From an uncultured Candidatus Entotheonella sp. (GTDB lineage Bacteria; Tectomicrobia; Entotheonellia; Entotheonellales; Entotheonellaceae), in NCBI GenBank assembly GCA_965217185.1, contig OZ244252.1:1920001-1984000 (forward strand): a DNA stretch of 64,000 nucleotides. Reading direction: 5' to 3'. Within the stretch, counting starts at the first letter, position 1. Each line of letters begins with the position of its first letter. The position numbers and the translations under genes are program-made. The notes under the pieces are model-generated. The model had not been told where the DNA came from, ran no database searches, and was given only the letters and a program-made list of their open reading frames with translations. Below, piece after piece: positions 18,398-28,700 of the stretch.

Positions 18398-19165
18398 CTA
18401 TCCCAGCGACACGATGCCCTCTGCCACCGGCTTGAGACGCTCCAGAACCAGGGGATCGTGGCCGGGGACGATCAGCTCCGGCTTGTCGGCCAGTTCCCGC
18501 ATGCGCTCAAAGCTGTCGTACATGCCGGGCAAGTCGTGCAGCACCATGAACGGCACGTCCTTCTCGATGTTGTGATAATAGTGCGATGCGTCCGTGGCGA
18601 GCACCGCCCGTCCCAGGGCGGTCTGAGCGGTGACGATCTGCAGGCCGGCGGTGTGGCCGCCGACCCGGTGTACGTGCACGCCGGGGACGATCTCGCGCAC
18701 GCCGTCAACCAGCGTCAGCCGCCCCTCGTAGTTGTAACGCACCATGGCCACCACATCATCCACCTCGATGGAACGCCGGAAGGCGGCGTGGCGCACGTAC
18801 TTGCCCGTGTAAAACCGCATTTCGTCTTCTTGCAGATAGAAGGTGGCGTTCGGGAACAGGTCGTAATTGCCAACGTGGTCGTAGTGCAGGTGGCTGACGA
18901 TAACGTGCGACACGCTGGCGCAATCGATGCCCAGTTCCGCCAGGCCCACCGACGGGCAGCGCATGAACTCGCGCCCGCGGCGGGTGCCGACTTCCTCCGT
19001 AAAGCCCAGGTCGACGACCACCGTGTGCTGGTCATTCACCAACGCCCACACGAAGTAGGTCATCTTCATCGGCGTGTTGTGATAATCGCCGTAGAACAAC
19101 TCCGTCGAGGTAGTCTCGCGGCGGGCGTATTGCACCGCGTAGATGGTGTAGGGCGAGTGCGTCAT
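18398..19165 (-). CDS. Metallo-beta-lactamase-fold hydrolase, N-acyl homoserine lactonase family
   Basis: SHLHYDH, GGHTAG, TDASH and PGHDP motifs. Confidence 0.85.
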   Translation of the reverse strand: MTHSPYTIYAVQYARRETTSTELFYGDYHNTPMKMTYFVWALVNDQHTVVVDLGFTEEVGTRRGREFMRCPSVGLAELGIDCASVSHVIVSHLHYDHVGNYDLFPNATFYLQEDEMRFYTGKYVRHAAFRRSIEVDDVVAMVRYNYEGRLTLVDGVREIVPGVHVHRVGGHTAGLQIVTAQTALGRAVLATDASHYYHNIEKDVPFMVLHDLPGMYDSFERMRELADKPELIVPGHDPLVLERLKPVAEGIVSLG

Positions 19166-19255
19166 ACAGGCTTCCCCTTTCGCTCGTTCCGGCGGCGTGG
19201 GTGACCGCCAAATCGGAATGCCGGGCTACCCCTTTGCCTAACCCGACCTGAAGAG

Positions 19256-20452
19256 CTACGGACGCTCAAACAACGCCGCGACGCCTTGGCCGCCGCCGAC
19301 GCACATGGTCTCCAGGCCGTAGCGGGCGTCGCGGCGTTGCATCTCGTGCAGCAGGGTGGTGAGAATGCGCGCACCGGTGGCAGCAATGGGATGGCCCAGC
19401 GAAATGCCGGAGCCGTGCACGTTCAGCTTGCTGTCGTCCTCCAGCTTCCATTCCTTCACCACCGCCAGCACCTGGGAGGCGAAGGCTTCATTGAGCTCGA
19501 TCACGTCGATGTCGTCGAACGTCACGCCGGTGCGCGCGAACAGCTTGTGCACCGCCGGCACCGGTCCGATGCCCATGTAGGCGGGGTGTACACCGGCCAC
19601 CGACCAGCCCCTCAGAAAAGCCATCGGCGTCAGCCCCAGCTCGTCGAGTTTGTCGGCAGCCACAACCAGGCAGACCGACGCGGCGTCGTTCTGCGAGCTG
19701 GCGTTCCCCGCCGTCACGGTGCCGCCTTTCGTCATTGGCCGCAGCTTGGCGAGAACCTCCAGGGACGTGTCAGGGCGCGGCCCCTCGTCCGCCTCAAACA
19801 CCTTGGGGTCGCCGCGACGCTGTGGCACGCTGACCGGCACGATCTCGTCGGCGAACAGGCCCTGCTCCCGCGCCGCCACGGCGCGCTGGTGGCTGCGCAG
19901 GGCGTAAGCGTCTTGCTCCTCGCGCGAGATATCGTGGCGCTCGGCGAGGTTTTCCGCCGTCTCGATCATCCCGGAGATGAACCCGAAACGCTCCTCGGGG
20001 GCCACCGTGAAACGCGCCCGCGTCAGGCGGTCGTGCAGGGTCACCGAGCCCAGGCGGCTACCGCTCCGCATGTCCGTGCTGTAGAACTCCACCCGGCTCA
20101 TGCTCTCGACGCCACCGGCGATCACCACGTCCGCGTTGCCGGTCTGCACCATCATGCTGGCGTTGAGGATGGCCTGCAGGCCGGACGAACAACGGCGGTC
20201 CAACTGATACCCCGGCACCTCGATGGGCAGCCCGGCCTTCAGGGCGCACAGGCGGCCGATCGCCGGCTCCTCGCCGCTCGCATAGCCGTGCCCCAGGATG
20301 ACCTCGTCCACCTTTTCGGGCGCCAGGCTCGTGCGCTCCAAGGCGGCTTTGATAACCGTCGATCCCAACTCGGCGGCAGATACGTCCTTCAGCGCCCCAC
20401 CAAAGCTCCCGACCGCCGTGCGAACAGGGCTGACAATGGCGACATCTCTCAC
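19256..20452 (-). CDS. Acetyl-CoA C-acyltransferase (thiolase)
   Basis: DRRCSSGLQA, NEAFA, GHPIAATG and MCVGGGQG motifs. Confidence 0.93.
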   Translation of the reverse strand: MRDVAIVSPVRTAVGSFGGALKDVSAAELGSTVIKAALERTSLAPEKVDEVILGHGYASGEEPAIGRLCALKAGLPIEVPGYQLDRRCSSGLQAILNASMMVQTGNADVVIAGGVESMSRVEFYSTDMRSGSRLGSVTLHDRLTRARFTVAPEERFGFISGMIETAENLAERHDISREEQDAYALRSHQRAVAAREQGLFADEIVPVSVPQRRGDPKVFEADEGPRPDTSLEVLAKLRPMTKGGTVTAGNASSQNDAASVCLVVAADKLDELGLTPMAFLRGWSVAGVHPAYMGIGPVPAVHKLFARTGVTFDDIDVIELNEAFASQVLAVVKEWKLEDDSKLNVHGSGISLGHPIAATGARILTTLLHEMQRRDARYGLETMCVGGGQGVAALFERP

Positions 20453-20867
20453 GGTGTTTCCCCTTGTTTATGGAAAGGTTGTTGACGCGGGTGGTCCCTG
20501 AAATAAGGGCGCGAACGACTGTAGGATATTCGCCGGCCGCAAGCAACCGCCACAGGGTTGACCCTGTTCGGCAGGCCGCCGCACACTGCGAAGCTGACAC
20601 AATCCGCAAATTTGCTTCATCCGCAGGCCAGGGTATGACGACAAACGAGGACAAACGAGAAGGAGATACACACAGGGTCGCACAAGCTGAATCCAGGCCA
20701 ACGCCAACCTTGGCAAAGATCAAAGAATGGCTGGCCCTTGCCAGCGTCATCGTGGTCGTTGCAGGCGGCATCGCCGGCGAAAGAACGTCACCTCGGACCC
20801 TGTTTCAAGAACGGGGCAGGCTTTGATCCGGGGCCGGAGTCCAGAGGTTTTCGGACGTACAACGGCC

Positions 20868-20894
20868 CTGGATTCCGGCATGCGCCGGAATGAC
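20868..20894. repeat. Short palindromic extragenic repeat (ATTCCGGC-N4-GCCGGAAT)
   Basis: ctggATTCCGGCatgcGCCGGAATgac, preceded by a related gccggagtccag half-site near 20832-20844. Confidence 0.55.
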
Positions 20895-21306
20895 ACTACG
20901 GTAACCTTGTATGACGCTAATCAATCTTGCAGGTTGATCCGCAACCGCCCTGGAAATCAACGTCGAACGCCAGCCGCCGTTGAAGCCGAACGGCGCCGAG
21001 CGGCGCGAGTACCGGAACACGCCGGGGGAGTCGACGATCACCGTGCCGTCCGGCGGGATGATCGTGCCGGCCCTGGACTGGCCAATCTCGTTTTTCTCCG
21101 GCATCACGTTGAAGATGATGGAACGGTCCTGGTTGGGGAAGAACGCATCGGACAGGCCTGCCGGCAGGTTCACCTTGGTGATTTCCGTTTCCGATGGTGT
21201 CGGGCGTCGAGCCGATGAGCCTGGCGGCTTCGCCTATGCCGGCCGGCTCGCCACTTGGCTCTCAAAGGCGTCCTCACGCTGACCGAAAGCGGTGCCTGCC
21301 CCCGGG

Positions 21307-22248
21307 TCACGGGTGGCGCGGCAGGCCGCCCGAAGCTCTCCGGCCGGCGTTCTCTGCCTCCTCCAGGATCCACTCGCGAAACGCCTGCACCTCGGGCCGC
21401 TGCCGTGAGGCGGCGGTGGTGATCAGGCAGCAGCGCTCGGGCGCCTCGGCCTGGCGCTCGAACAGCGGCACCAGGGTTCTCCCTTCAAGCTCGCGGGCAA
21501 TCAGCATCGGGCGCCCGACGGCGGCCCCCAGCCCGTGCACCGCGGCCTCCACCAGCATGCTGTAGAGACGGAAACCGGACGCCTGCGACAGGTCCGGCGT
21601 GGGCGCTCCCTGGCGCGCGAACCAGTACGACCAGTCGGCGTCCCAGCCGAGATCGTAGAGCAGCGGCCAGCGGTGCAGGTCGGCCGGACGGCGCGGCCGG
21701 CCCCGCGCGGCGAGCAGGACCGGGCTGCACACCGGCAACAGGTCCTCCTCGTAGAGCGTCTCCTCCAGAAGCGTGTCCTCGCGCCGCGTTACCGGGCGCG
21801 GCGCCGCAGTCTCGCCGGTGTAGGCAAGCCAGGCGTCGAAGTCGTGCTGGGCCGGGTCGACGCCCCGGTGGTTGGTCTCCAGCTCGATGGCGATGTCGGG
21901 ATGCGCCACCTTGAACGACACCAGCCTCGGCACCAGCCACTTCTGGGCCACCGCCTCGACCGAGACGATGCGCACCCGCCGGGAATTAAGGCGTTGGCGC
22001 TCGGAGACGCCGTGGACGTCGGCCAGGATGCGCTGCACCTCCTTGAGATAGGCGCGGCCCTTGGAGTTGAGGTGCACACCGCGGCGGCGATCGAAGAGCC
22101 GTGCGTCGAGATGCTTCTCCAGGCTGCGGATGCGGTGGGCGACGGCGGCGGGGGTGACGCCGAGCTCGTCTGCGGCGTTGGCGAAGCTCTGGTGGCGGGC
22201 GGCGGCCTCGAAGAAGCGCAGGCTATCGAGCGGCGGCAGGGTCAGCAT
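21307..22248 (-). CDS. LysR-family regulator, GcvA/AmpR-like (copy 1)
   Basis: LPPLDSLRFFEAAARHQSFANAADELGVTPAAV HTH; KWLVPRL...HPDI substrate-binding domain. Confidence 0.9.
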   Translation of the reverse strand: MLTLPPLDSLRFFEAAARHQSFANAADELGVTPAAVAHRIRSLEKHLDARLFDRRRGVHLNSKGRAYLKEVQRILADVHGVSERQRLNSRRVRIVSVEAVAQKWLVPRLVSFKVAHPDIAIELETNHRGVDPAQHDFDAWLAYTGETAAPRPVTRREDTLLEETLYEEDLLPVCSPVLLAARGRPRRPADLHRWPLLYDLGWDADWSYWFARQGAPTPDLSQASGFRLYSMLVEAAVHGLGAAVGRPMLIARELEGRTLVPLFERQAEAPERCCLITTAASRQRPEVQAFREWILEEAENAGRRASGGLPRHP

Positions 22249-22375
22249 GGCGACTATCCAGAGGAGTCCAAAGACCAAATGTGGTTATGTCATCGCATCG
22301 AAGAGGCTTAGGACATGAAGTGATTATGTTATCGCATATCCGCGCGGTGCAGGCAAGGTCGGGCTGTGGCGGGCG

Positions 22376-22731
22376 CTAGAGCATTTTCGGATCAATCTGA
22401 CTTGCTCGTTCGTCACCCTCCATCACTCCCCCCTTGAGGGGGAGTCGGCGAAACGGTACAAACCTTGGCGTATGATGCCCATCAGGAAGGCTCTGAGGGG
22501 GAGGCTCAGGGTGCGGGGACGAGACTCAGAGGGTGTTTGTGAATAGCGACGCCTTCCTGGGAGCGCGGGCATCTTGCCCGCTGGCTTCCGCTTGGCGGGC
22601 GGGAAGCCCGCGCTCCCAGAGCCTGCCCATGCCTCCCCCCCACCGGCGCGCCGACGGGCTGCGCCCTTGGTTCGCCGACTCCCCTTCAAAGGGGGAGTAA
22701 TCAAGGTCACATGGATCCAAAAGTCCTCTAG
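22376..22731. mobile_element. Composite MITE-like element bounded by CTAG
   Basis: ctagagcattttcggatc ... gatccaaaagtcctctag terminal IR, with nested internal inverted repeats. Confidence 0.65.
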
Positions 22732-22850
22732 CCGCCGTCGGCCCTCGGGTCCGCCGGCGGCTCGCGGAACAGGAAATCCTCGGCGCCGAGGTCGGAAACA
22801 TCGGTGTCATCCAGCCGGATCGTGCCGTCGCCCTGCGTCTCGGTGCGCCG
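22728..22850 (-). pseudogene. Remnant resembling the C-terminus of an RTX/type I-secreted protein
   Basis: In-frame TQGDGTIRLDDTDVSDLGAEDFLF...stop resembles T1SS-substrate tails; no upstream gene body. Confidence 0.5.
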
Positions 22851-23023
22851 GTTGCCCGCGCGCCGGAGGGGCGCCATACACGAAACAGAAAAACCGTAAT
22901 GCCTCCCATATGCCGCCCACATGGGAGATAGACAAAAACAGGAAAGACGGGAAGAAGGGCGGGCGGTGGCGATGCGGGACAGGTAGGGCGGCGACGCCCC
23001 GCCGGCGGTAAGGCAGGGGGCTG

Positions 23024-24169
23024 TCAGCGCCGCGGCAAGGCGTCCATGGCCAGCACCAGCCGCACCAGGGCCACCCGGCCAGGCAGGCCGTGCTTCCGGT
23101 ACACCTGCTTCAGCAGCCAGCGCACGTAGCCTTCCTGGTAGACCGTCGCCTGGGCGATGTCGCGCACGCTGCGGCCCTCGGCCAACAGCGCCGCCACCCG
23201 GCCCTCCACGGGCGTCAGGCCGAGCGTCACCGCCACCCGGCGCCCACTGATGCGCGCATGCCTCGCGGGGTCCACCACCAGAACCAGGACGGCGACGCCA
23301 CGGCCTCCCAAGTCCGTCTGATGAGCAGCCAGCGGGCTGACGTGCAACCCCAGGCGCGGCGCGCCGGAGGGGCGCCTCACCGTCATCGAGCCGCCACGCG
23401 GCGACTCGCCCTCGAACGCCGGCAACGCCCGCGCCAGCAGCCGCTGCAAACGGCTGTGGTCCGCCGGCAGCCAGGCGTGCAGGAAGCCGCCCTGATCCAA
23501 CAGCCCCTCGCCGCGCTGCAGAAGGGCCAGGGCACGGTCGTTCGCCGCCACCAGGCGCCCGCGCCGGTCGAGATGGAGGACGCCGATGCGGCTGTTGTCC
23601 AGCAGGCGCGACAAGCCGGCCCCCAGGCCCTCGGCGGCCGCCAGCGCCTAGCGGACGCTGACGAAATGGCGGATATGCGGCAGCAGGCGCTCGGCCATGT
23701 CGATGTCGGCGGCGCCCCAGCCGCCCGCCTCGATGGGGTCGCCAAGGGCCCACACGATGCGCGAACCGGCCGGCCCGTCGAGGCGCACGTTCAAGCCCCG
23801 CTGGCTACCGATGCGGCGCAGTCCCTCGTTGTACACCGGCGAGGTCTTCAACTCCTGCTCGCTGTAGAGGTCGGGGACGTGAACCAGGCGGCTGTCGGGC
23901 AATTGCCGCAGGCGCGGCAGCCGTTCGTCGTGGGGGTGGTAGAGGTCGAAATACTCGCGCTCCAGGTCGTGGCGGCGCTCGCCGCGCCGGTAGTAGCCGG
24001 CAAAGAAGACGCACACGTCGTCGCCAACGCCTTCGCCGACGACCAGCGCATTGCCGGTGGCGCCGCAGGCCGCCTCGATCAGGGCCGAGGTGGACGGCCA
24101 GTGGACATCGTCGAGCATGGCCTGGTGCAGGGACGCAAGGATGCGGTCGAACGTATCGAGTCGGCTCAT
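23024..24169 (-). pseudogene. LuxR-type HTH regulator with sensory/PAS-like domains, broken by an in-frame TAG
   Basis: Paralog of 27537-28700. TAG at 23648-23650 corresponds to CAG (Gln) in the paralog, and the frame continues to GLTPVEGRVAALLAEG...LKQVYRK. Confidence 0.85.
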
Positions 24170-24289
24170 GACGCGACCTCCCGGACGACTTTCGGGTGCA
24201 GCCCGCCGCTTCGGCCGGCGGCGCCAACCGAGGGCCTCGAACCCGCAAGTGCCCCGCTTGCGGCGGTCGTGCCCCCGGACCGCACCGCC

Positions 24290-24500
24290 TCAAGACGGCC
24301 GGTTTGTTCCCGGTCATAGCTGGCGATATGGCCGCCGGGGTCGTCAACCAGGCCGGAGAGGCAGACCGTTGCGCCGGCGTCGGCAACCGGGTGCGGACCA
24401 GCCTGCAGGGTCGGCGGCTGGTTGACAGTGGTTGATTCTTCCCCTCTGTCTTCCCGGCCACCCCCGCACGCCGACAGAAGCACCGCCAGTACCGTTGTCG
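24290..24500 (-). pseudogene. Remnant of a lipoprotein with a PKD/Ig-like repeat
   Basis: VLAVLLSACGGG lipobox followed by NQPPTLQAGPHPVADAGATVCLSGLVDDPGGHIASY; degenerates afterwards. Confidence 0.5.
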
Positions 24501-24936
24501 GCGGGTGACGCTGCGCCCGCGCCCGAGGCGCCGTCATGGCTTCGGCGCTCGGCAAAGGCCGGCGCCTTCAGCCGTCAACCCAAAAACTTCAAGCCGCTTG
24601 GCACAGATCAAGCTCATTACCCTGCGTCCCTCCCGAATCGCGTTTTTCAACCCCGGCGCGGCGGCCGCAGCCAAGCCGCTACCGGACGACAGAAGACTGT
24701 AACACAAACAAATTAAGTCCTTTGCATACAAAATTTTATTGTCAATGACGTACATGAATTTAGTCATCGAATGTCTCTCTCGATGCCTCATGACGCCCCA
24801 TCGCACCCAGCCACAGGCATGAAACCGCATTTCACCGCGCCAGGTTGTTATGCCTTGTTCAATAGAATAATTTGTGCTATGAATAACTTGTGTTTGTTAA
24901 TGGAATATCCACCTCTGACGCGATGCCATTGATCCG

Positions 24937-25224
24937 GTGAAACCTCTTCCTCCCCTCAACTGCCTGCGCTTCTTCGAGGCCGCCGCACGCCACCAGAGCT
25001 TCGCCCGCGCTGCGGACGAGATCGGCGTCACCGCCGCCGCCGTCGCCCACCGCGTCCGCTTGCTCGAAAGCCATCTGCGAGCCGATCTCTTCGTCCGCCG
25101 TTCTCGCAGCGTCCGCCTCAACCGGCGCGGCCGCGCCTACTTCAAAGAGGTCCAGCGCATCCTCCTGGACATCCGCCACAGCACCGAATTCCACGCCGAC
25201 CGCCGCCGCTTCCGCAGCCCCTGA
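24937..25224 (+). CDS. LysR HTH-only protein or truncated LysR
   Basis: LPPLNCLRFFEAAARHQSFARAADEIGVT HTH plus linker helix; stops at 95 aa. Confidence 0.7.
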   Translation: MKPLPPLNCLRFFEAAARHQSFARAADEIGVTAAAVAHRVRLLESHLRADLFVRRSRSVRLNRRGRAYFKEVQRILLDIRHSTEFHADRRRFRSP

Positions 25225-25324
25225 AACCCGCCGCCCGATCTTGCCTGCTCCGGGCGGACATGCGATAACATGGCCACGTTTGACATAATCACATTTGGCC
25301 TATGGACTCATCTGGATAGTCGCC

Positions 25325-26303
25325 ATGCTGACCCTGCCGCCGCTCGATAGCCTGCGCTTCTTCGAGGCCGCCGCCCGTCACCAGAGCTTCGCCAACGCCG
25401 CAGGCGAGCTCGGCGTCACCCCCGCCGCCGTCGCCCACCGCATCCGCAGCCTGGAGAAGCATCTCGACGCACGGCTCTTCGATCGCCATCGCCGCAGCGT
25501 GCGCCTCAACCCCAAGGGCCGCGCCTATCTCAAGGAGGTGCAGCGCATCCTGGCCGACGTCCACGGCGTCTCCGAGCGCCAGCGCCTGCATCCCCGGCGG
25601 GTGCGCATCGTGTCGGTCGAGGCGGTGGCCCAGAAGTGGCTGGTGCCGAGGCTGGCGTCGTTCAAGGCGGCGCATCCCGACATCGCCATCGAGCTGGAGA
25701 CCAACCACCGGGGCGTCGACCCGGCCCAGCACGGCTTCGACGCCTGGCTCGCCTACACCGGCGAGACGGCGGCGCCGCGCCCGGTAACGCGGCGCGAGGA
25801 CACGCTTCTGGAGGAGACGCTGTACGAGGAGGACCTGTTGCCGGTGTGCAGCCCGATTCTGCTGGCGGCGCGGGGGCGGCCGCGCCGTCCGGCCGACCTG
25901 CACCGCTGGCCGCTGCTCTACGATCTCGGCTGGGACGCCGACTGGTCGTACTGGTTCGCGCGCCAGGGAGCGCCCACGCCGGACCTGTCGCAGGCGTCCG
26001 GTTTCCGTCTCTACAGCATGCTGGTGGAGGCCGCGGTACACGGGCTGGGAGGCCGCCGTCGGGCGCCGGATGCTGATCGCCCGCGAGCTTGCAAGGGGAG
26101 ATCTGGTGCCGCTGTTCAAGCGTCAGGCCGAGGCGCCCGAGCGCTGTTGCCTGATCACCACCGCCGCCTCACGGCAGCGGCCCGAGGTGCAGGCGTTTCG
26201 ACAGTGGATCCTGGAGGAGGCAGAGAACGGTGGCCGGAGAGCTTCGGACGGCTTGCCGCGCCACCCGCGAACCGGCGGCAGGCACCGCTTTCGGTCAACG
26301 TGA
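25325..26303 (+). pseudogene. LysR-family regulator copy 2, frameshifted near 26050
   Basis: One extra base versus copy 1 (gggctgggAggccgcc). The C-terminus MLIARELA...EVQAFRQWI is in a shifted frame. Confidence 0.85.
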
Positions 26304-26842
26304 GGGCGGCTTCGAGAGCCAGGTGGCGATCCGGTCGGCATAGGTGAAGCGTGCCGGCCAGCCGCCGGTGGGGCTTGGCGTACAGCGCCACGAACGGCCT
26401 GATCCTGGATTTCAGGAAGCCGGTGGCGCGTTGCGGTGAGCGGGAGTGGCGCTACAAGGAGGCGGTCCATCGCCAATGCGGGCGCGGTGCGGTCGGCGCG
26501 CTTCCCGAAGTGGTTGGTTTAGGACGTGAAGGGGCAGCACCTCGAAGGCAAGGAATTCATCGCTGCAAGGGGAACCGTGAGCCGTCTCTTCACGGCTCAC
26601 GTCTCAGCAAGCCCGTGGGCTGCGACCGAGCACGGGCTCCTGGGGCACCGGGACATGCCGGGAACGGAAAGCGCGTTGTTCACCCCAGTGCGCGGAGCGG
26701 GCGGAGCCGGCGGTTCGGAGGTGGAAGCCGGTCGAGCCGGCGGCTCCTGGCGCGCCAGTCCTGACCGCATCTGCCAAATGCAGCCTCGCGCACTGACGCA
26801 CGTTTCGGGGACGTGCCTGCTCATCAGGTGTGACGCACACGA

Positions 26843-27160
26843 TCAAAGGGATGTCTTGTTGGGCCGCCAGCCACGTCCTTCCTGAACGGGGCGACCTCCT
26901 CTTGAATGGCCAACCACGGCCTGTTTGACCAGCGCCACGTCATCACGCATGCGCAAGCCGACGGCAGATAGCCATTCCTTGAGCAGATTCATATCTTCCC
27001 TGAGCGCCCCGACATCCTGCTCAAGCCTGCCCAGGCGCTCGCTGGAACCGGCCTCCGCATCCCTCACTTGCCGCTCGATGCGCGCCTGCCCATCCAGCAA
27101 TTGCGCCAGGCGATCACAGACCTCCGGGAGGCTCACGCCTTCATCCACCGACTTGCCCAT
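26843..27160 (-). CDS. Hypothetical coiled-coil protein
   Basis: AGGAGG RBS; heptad-like LGRLEQDVGALREDMNLLKEWL; lies downstream of the LuxR-associated palindrome. Confidence 0.5.
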   Translation of the reverse strand: MGKSVDEGVSLPEVCDRLAQLLDGQARIERQVRDAEAGSSERLGRLEQDVGALREDMNLLKEWLSAVGLRMRDDVALVKQAVVGHSRGGRPVQEGRGWRPNKTSL

Positions 27161-27536
27161 CCGGCCCTCCTCCTGTACGCCAAGATCAGAGTCCCCTCCT
27201 GACGAGGCAACGGAACTTGCCCTTGCCACCACGTCAAGCCAGGCCGTCGCTCGCAATGCCAGTGCTGCCGCAACGGGAACCTCCACACCTCGCCACACAG
27301 GGAAACAGGCCGAAGGGGGTTGTACCCTTGGCATGGCGACACCATGGCCTCGCCAACGAAGCAAGCAGCCGCCAAGTCACCGGCAAGCAACTGGACGCAC
27401 TATACACGAAAAAGAAAATCAACGATCCCTACCATATGGGAGATAGCGAGGCTAGGAAAGGCTACTGTGAAAAGGCGGGAAGAAGGGCGGGCGGTAGCGA
27501 TGCGGGACGGGTACGCAGGAGATGCCCTAGCCGCGT

Positions 27537-28700
27537 TCAGTCAACAAGCTGTCCGCGCCGCGGCAAAGCGTCCATGGCCAGCACCAGCCGCACCAGGGCC
27601 ACCTGACCCGACAGGCCGTGCTTCCGGTACACCTGCTTCAGCAGCCAGCGCACGTAGCCTTCCTGGTGGGCCGTCGCCAAGGCGATGTCGCGCACGCTGC
27701 GGCCCCCGGCCAACAGCGCCGCCACCCGGCCCTCCGCGGGCGTCAGGCCGAGCGTCACCGACACCCGGCGCGCACTGATGCGCGCACGGCCCGCCGGGTC
27801 CACTACCAGGACCAGGGCGGCGACGCGGCGGGCGCCCAAGTCCATCTGACGAACAGGCACCGGGCTGACGTGCACCACCAGATGCGGCAAGCCGGGCGAA
27901 CGCCTCACCGTCATCGAGCCGCTACGGGGGGAGCCCTCGCCCCCAAACGCCGGCAGCGCGTGCGCCAGCAGCGCCGCCAGCCGGGCGTTGTTCGCCGCCA
28001 GCCGGGCGCGCAGCAATCCGCCCTCGTCGAACAACCCGTCGCCTTGCCGCAGCAGGCGGCGGGCGCGGGCGTTCGCCTCCATGATGCGACCGCCCCGCTC
28101 CAGGTGCACGACCCCGACCCGGGTGCTGTCGAGCAAGCCCGTGAGCGAAGACCCCAGGGCCTCGGCGGCGGCCAGTGCCTGGCGCACCTGCACGAACTGC
28201 CGGATGTGGGGGATGAGGCGCTCGATCGCCTGGAGTTGCGCCGATTGCCAGCCGCCCGCGGCAACAGGGTCGGCAGGCGCCCAGACGATGCGCAGGCCCT
28301 CCGGGCCGTCGAGGCGCACGTTCAGGCTGTTCTGGGCGCCGCCCCGGCGCAGCGCCTCGTTGTACGCCGGCGAGGCCTTCAGTTCCCGCTCGGTGTAGAG
28401 GTCGGTGACGTGCACTAGGCGACTGTCGGGCAGCTTGCGCAGGCGCGGCAGGCGTTCGTCCCACGGGTGGTAGACGTCGAAGTACAGACGCTCCAGGTCC
28501 TGGCGACGCTCGCCGCGCCGGTAGATGCCGGCGTGGAATACCTTGACGTCGGTGCCGAAGCCCTCGCCGACCGCCAAGTCATTGCCGGTCATGCCGCAGG
28601 CGTCGTCGATCAGGGTTGAGGTGGCGGGCCAGTGGGCGTCGTCAAGCATGGCTTGGTGCAACGACGCCAGGATGCCGTTGAAGGTGTCGAGTTGGCTCAC
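27537..28700 (-). CDS. LuxR-type HTH regulator with GAF/PAS-like sensor domains (intact paralog)
   Basis: GGAGGA RBS and GTG start; PAS-like VVHLERGGRIMEAN; HTH GLTPAEGRVAALLAGG...VRWLLKQVYRKHG. Confidence 0.85.
   Translation of the reverse strand: MSQLDTFNGILASLHQAMLDDAHWPATSTLIDDACGMTGNDLAVGEGFGTDVKVFHAGIYRRGERRQDLERLYFDVYHPWDERLPRLRKLPDSRLVHVTDLYTERELKASPAYNEALRRGGAQNSLNVRLDGPEGLRIVWAPADPVAAGGWQSAQLQAIERLIPHIRQFVQVRQALAAAEALGSSLTGLLDSTRVGVVHLERGGRIMEANARARRLLRQGDGLFDEGGLLRARLAANNARLAALLAHALPAFGGEGSPRSGSMTVRRSPGLPHLVVHVSPVPVRQMDLGARRVAALVLVVDPAGRARISARRVSVTLGLTPAEGRVAALLAGGRSVRDIALATAHQEGYVRWLLKQVYRKHGLSGQVALVRLVLAMDALPRRGQLVD

Larger units (their letters stand above)
21227..26350. repeat. 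Inverted duplication of about 1.1 kb: 21227-22375 versus 25227-26350 (LysR gene plus upstream region)
   Basis: Near-identical coding sequence on opposite strands; similarity extends into both flanks. Confidence 0.9.

Noticed and set aside
20805..21282. Overlapping ORFs with an Ig/cadherin-like hint (FTLVISVSDG)
   Set aside because: Too short and strand-ambiguous to call without a homology search.
21274..21309. TGA near the end of LysR copy 1 as selenocysteine
   Set aside because: Copy 2 has CGA (Arg) here, in a non-conserved tail; a simple transition explains it.
23648..23650. In-frame TAG in the LuxR-type gene as pyrrolysine or amber recoding
   Set aside because: The paralog has CAG at this site (a single C-to-T change), no pyl genes are in the window, and the region is full of decayed genes.
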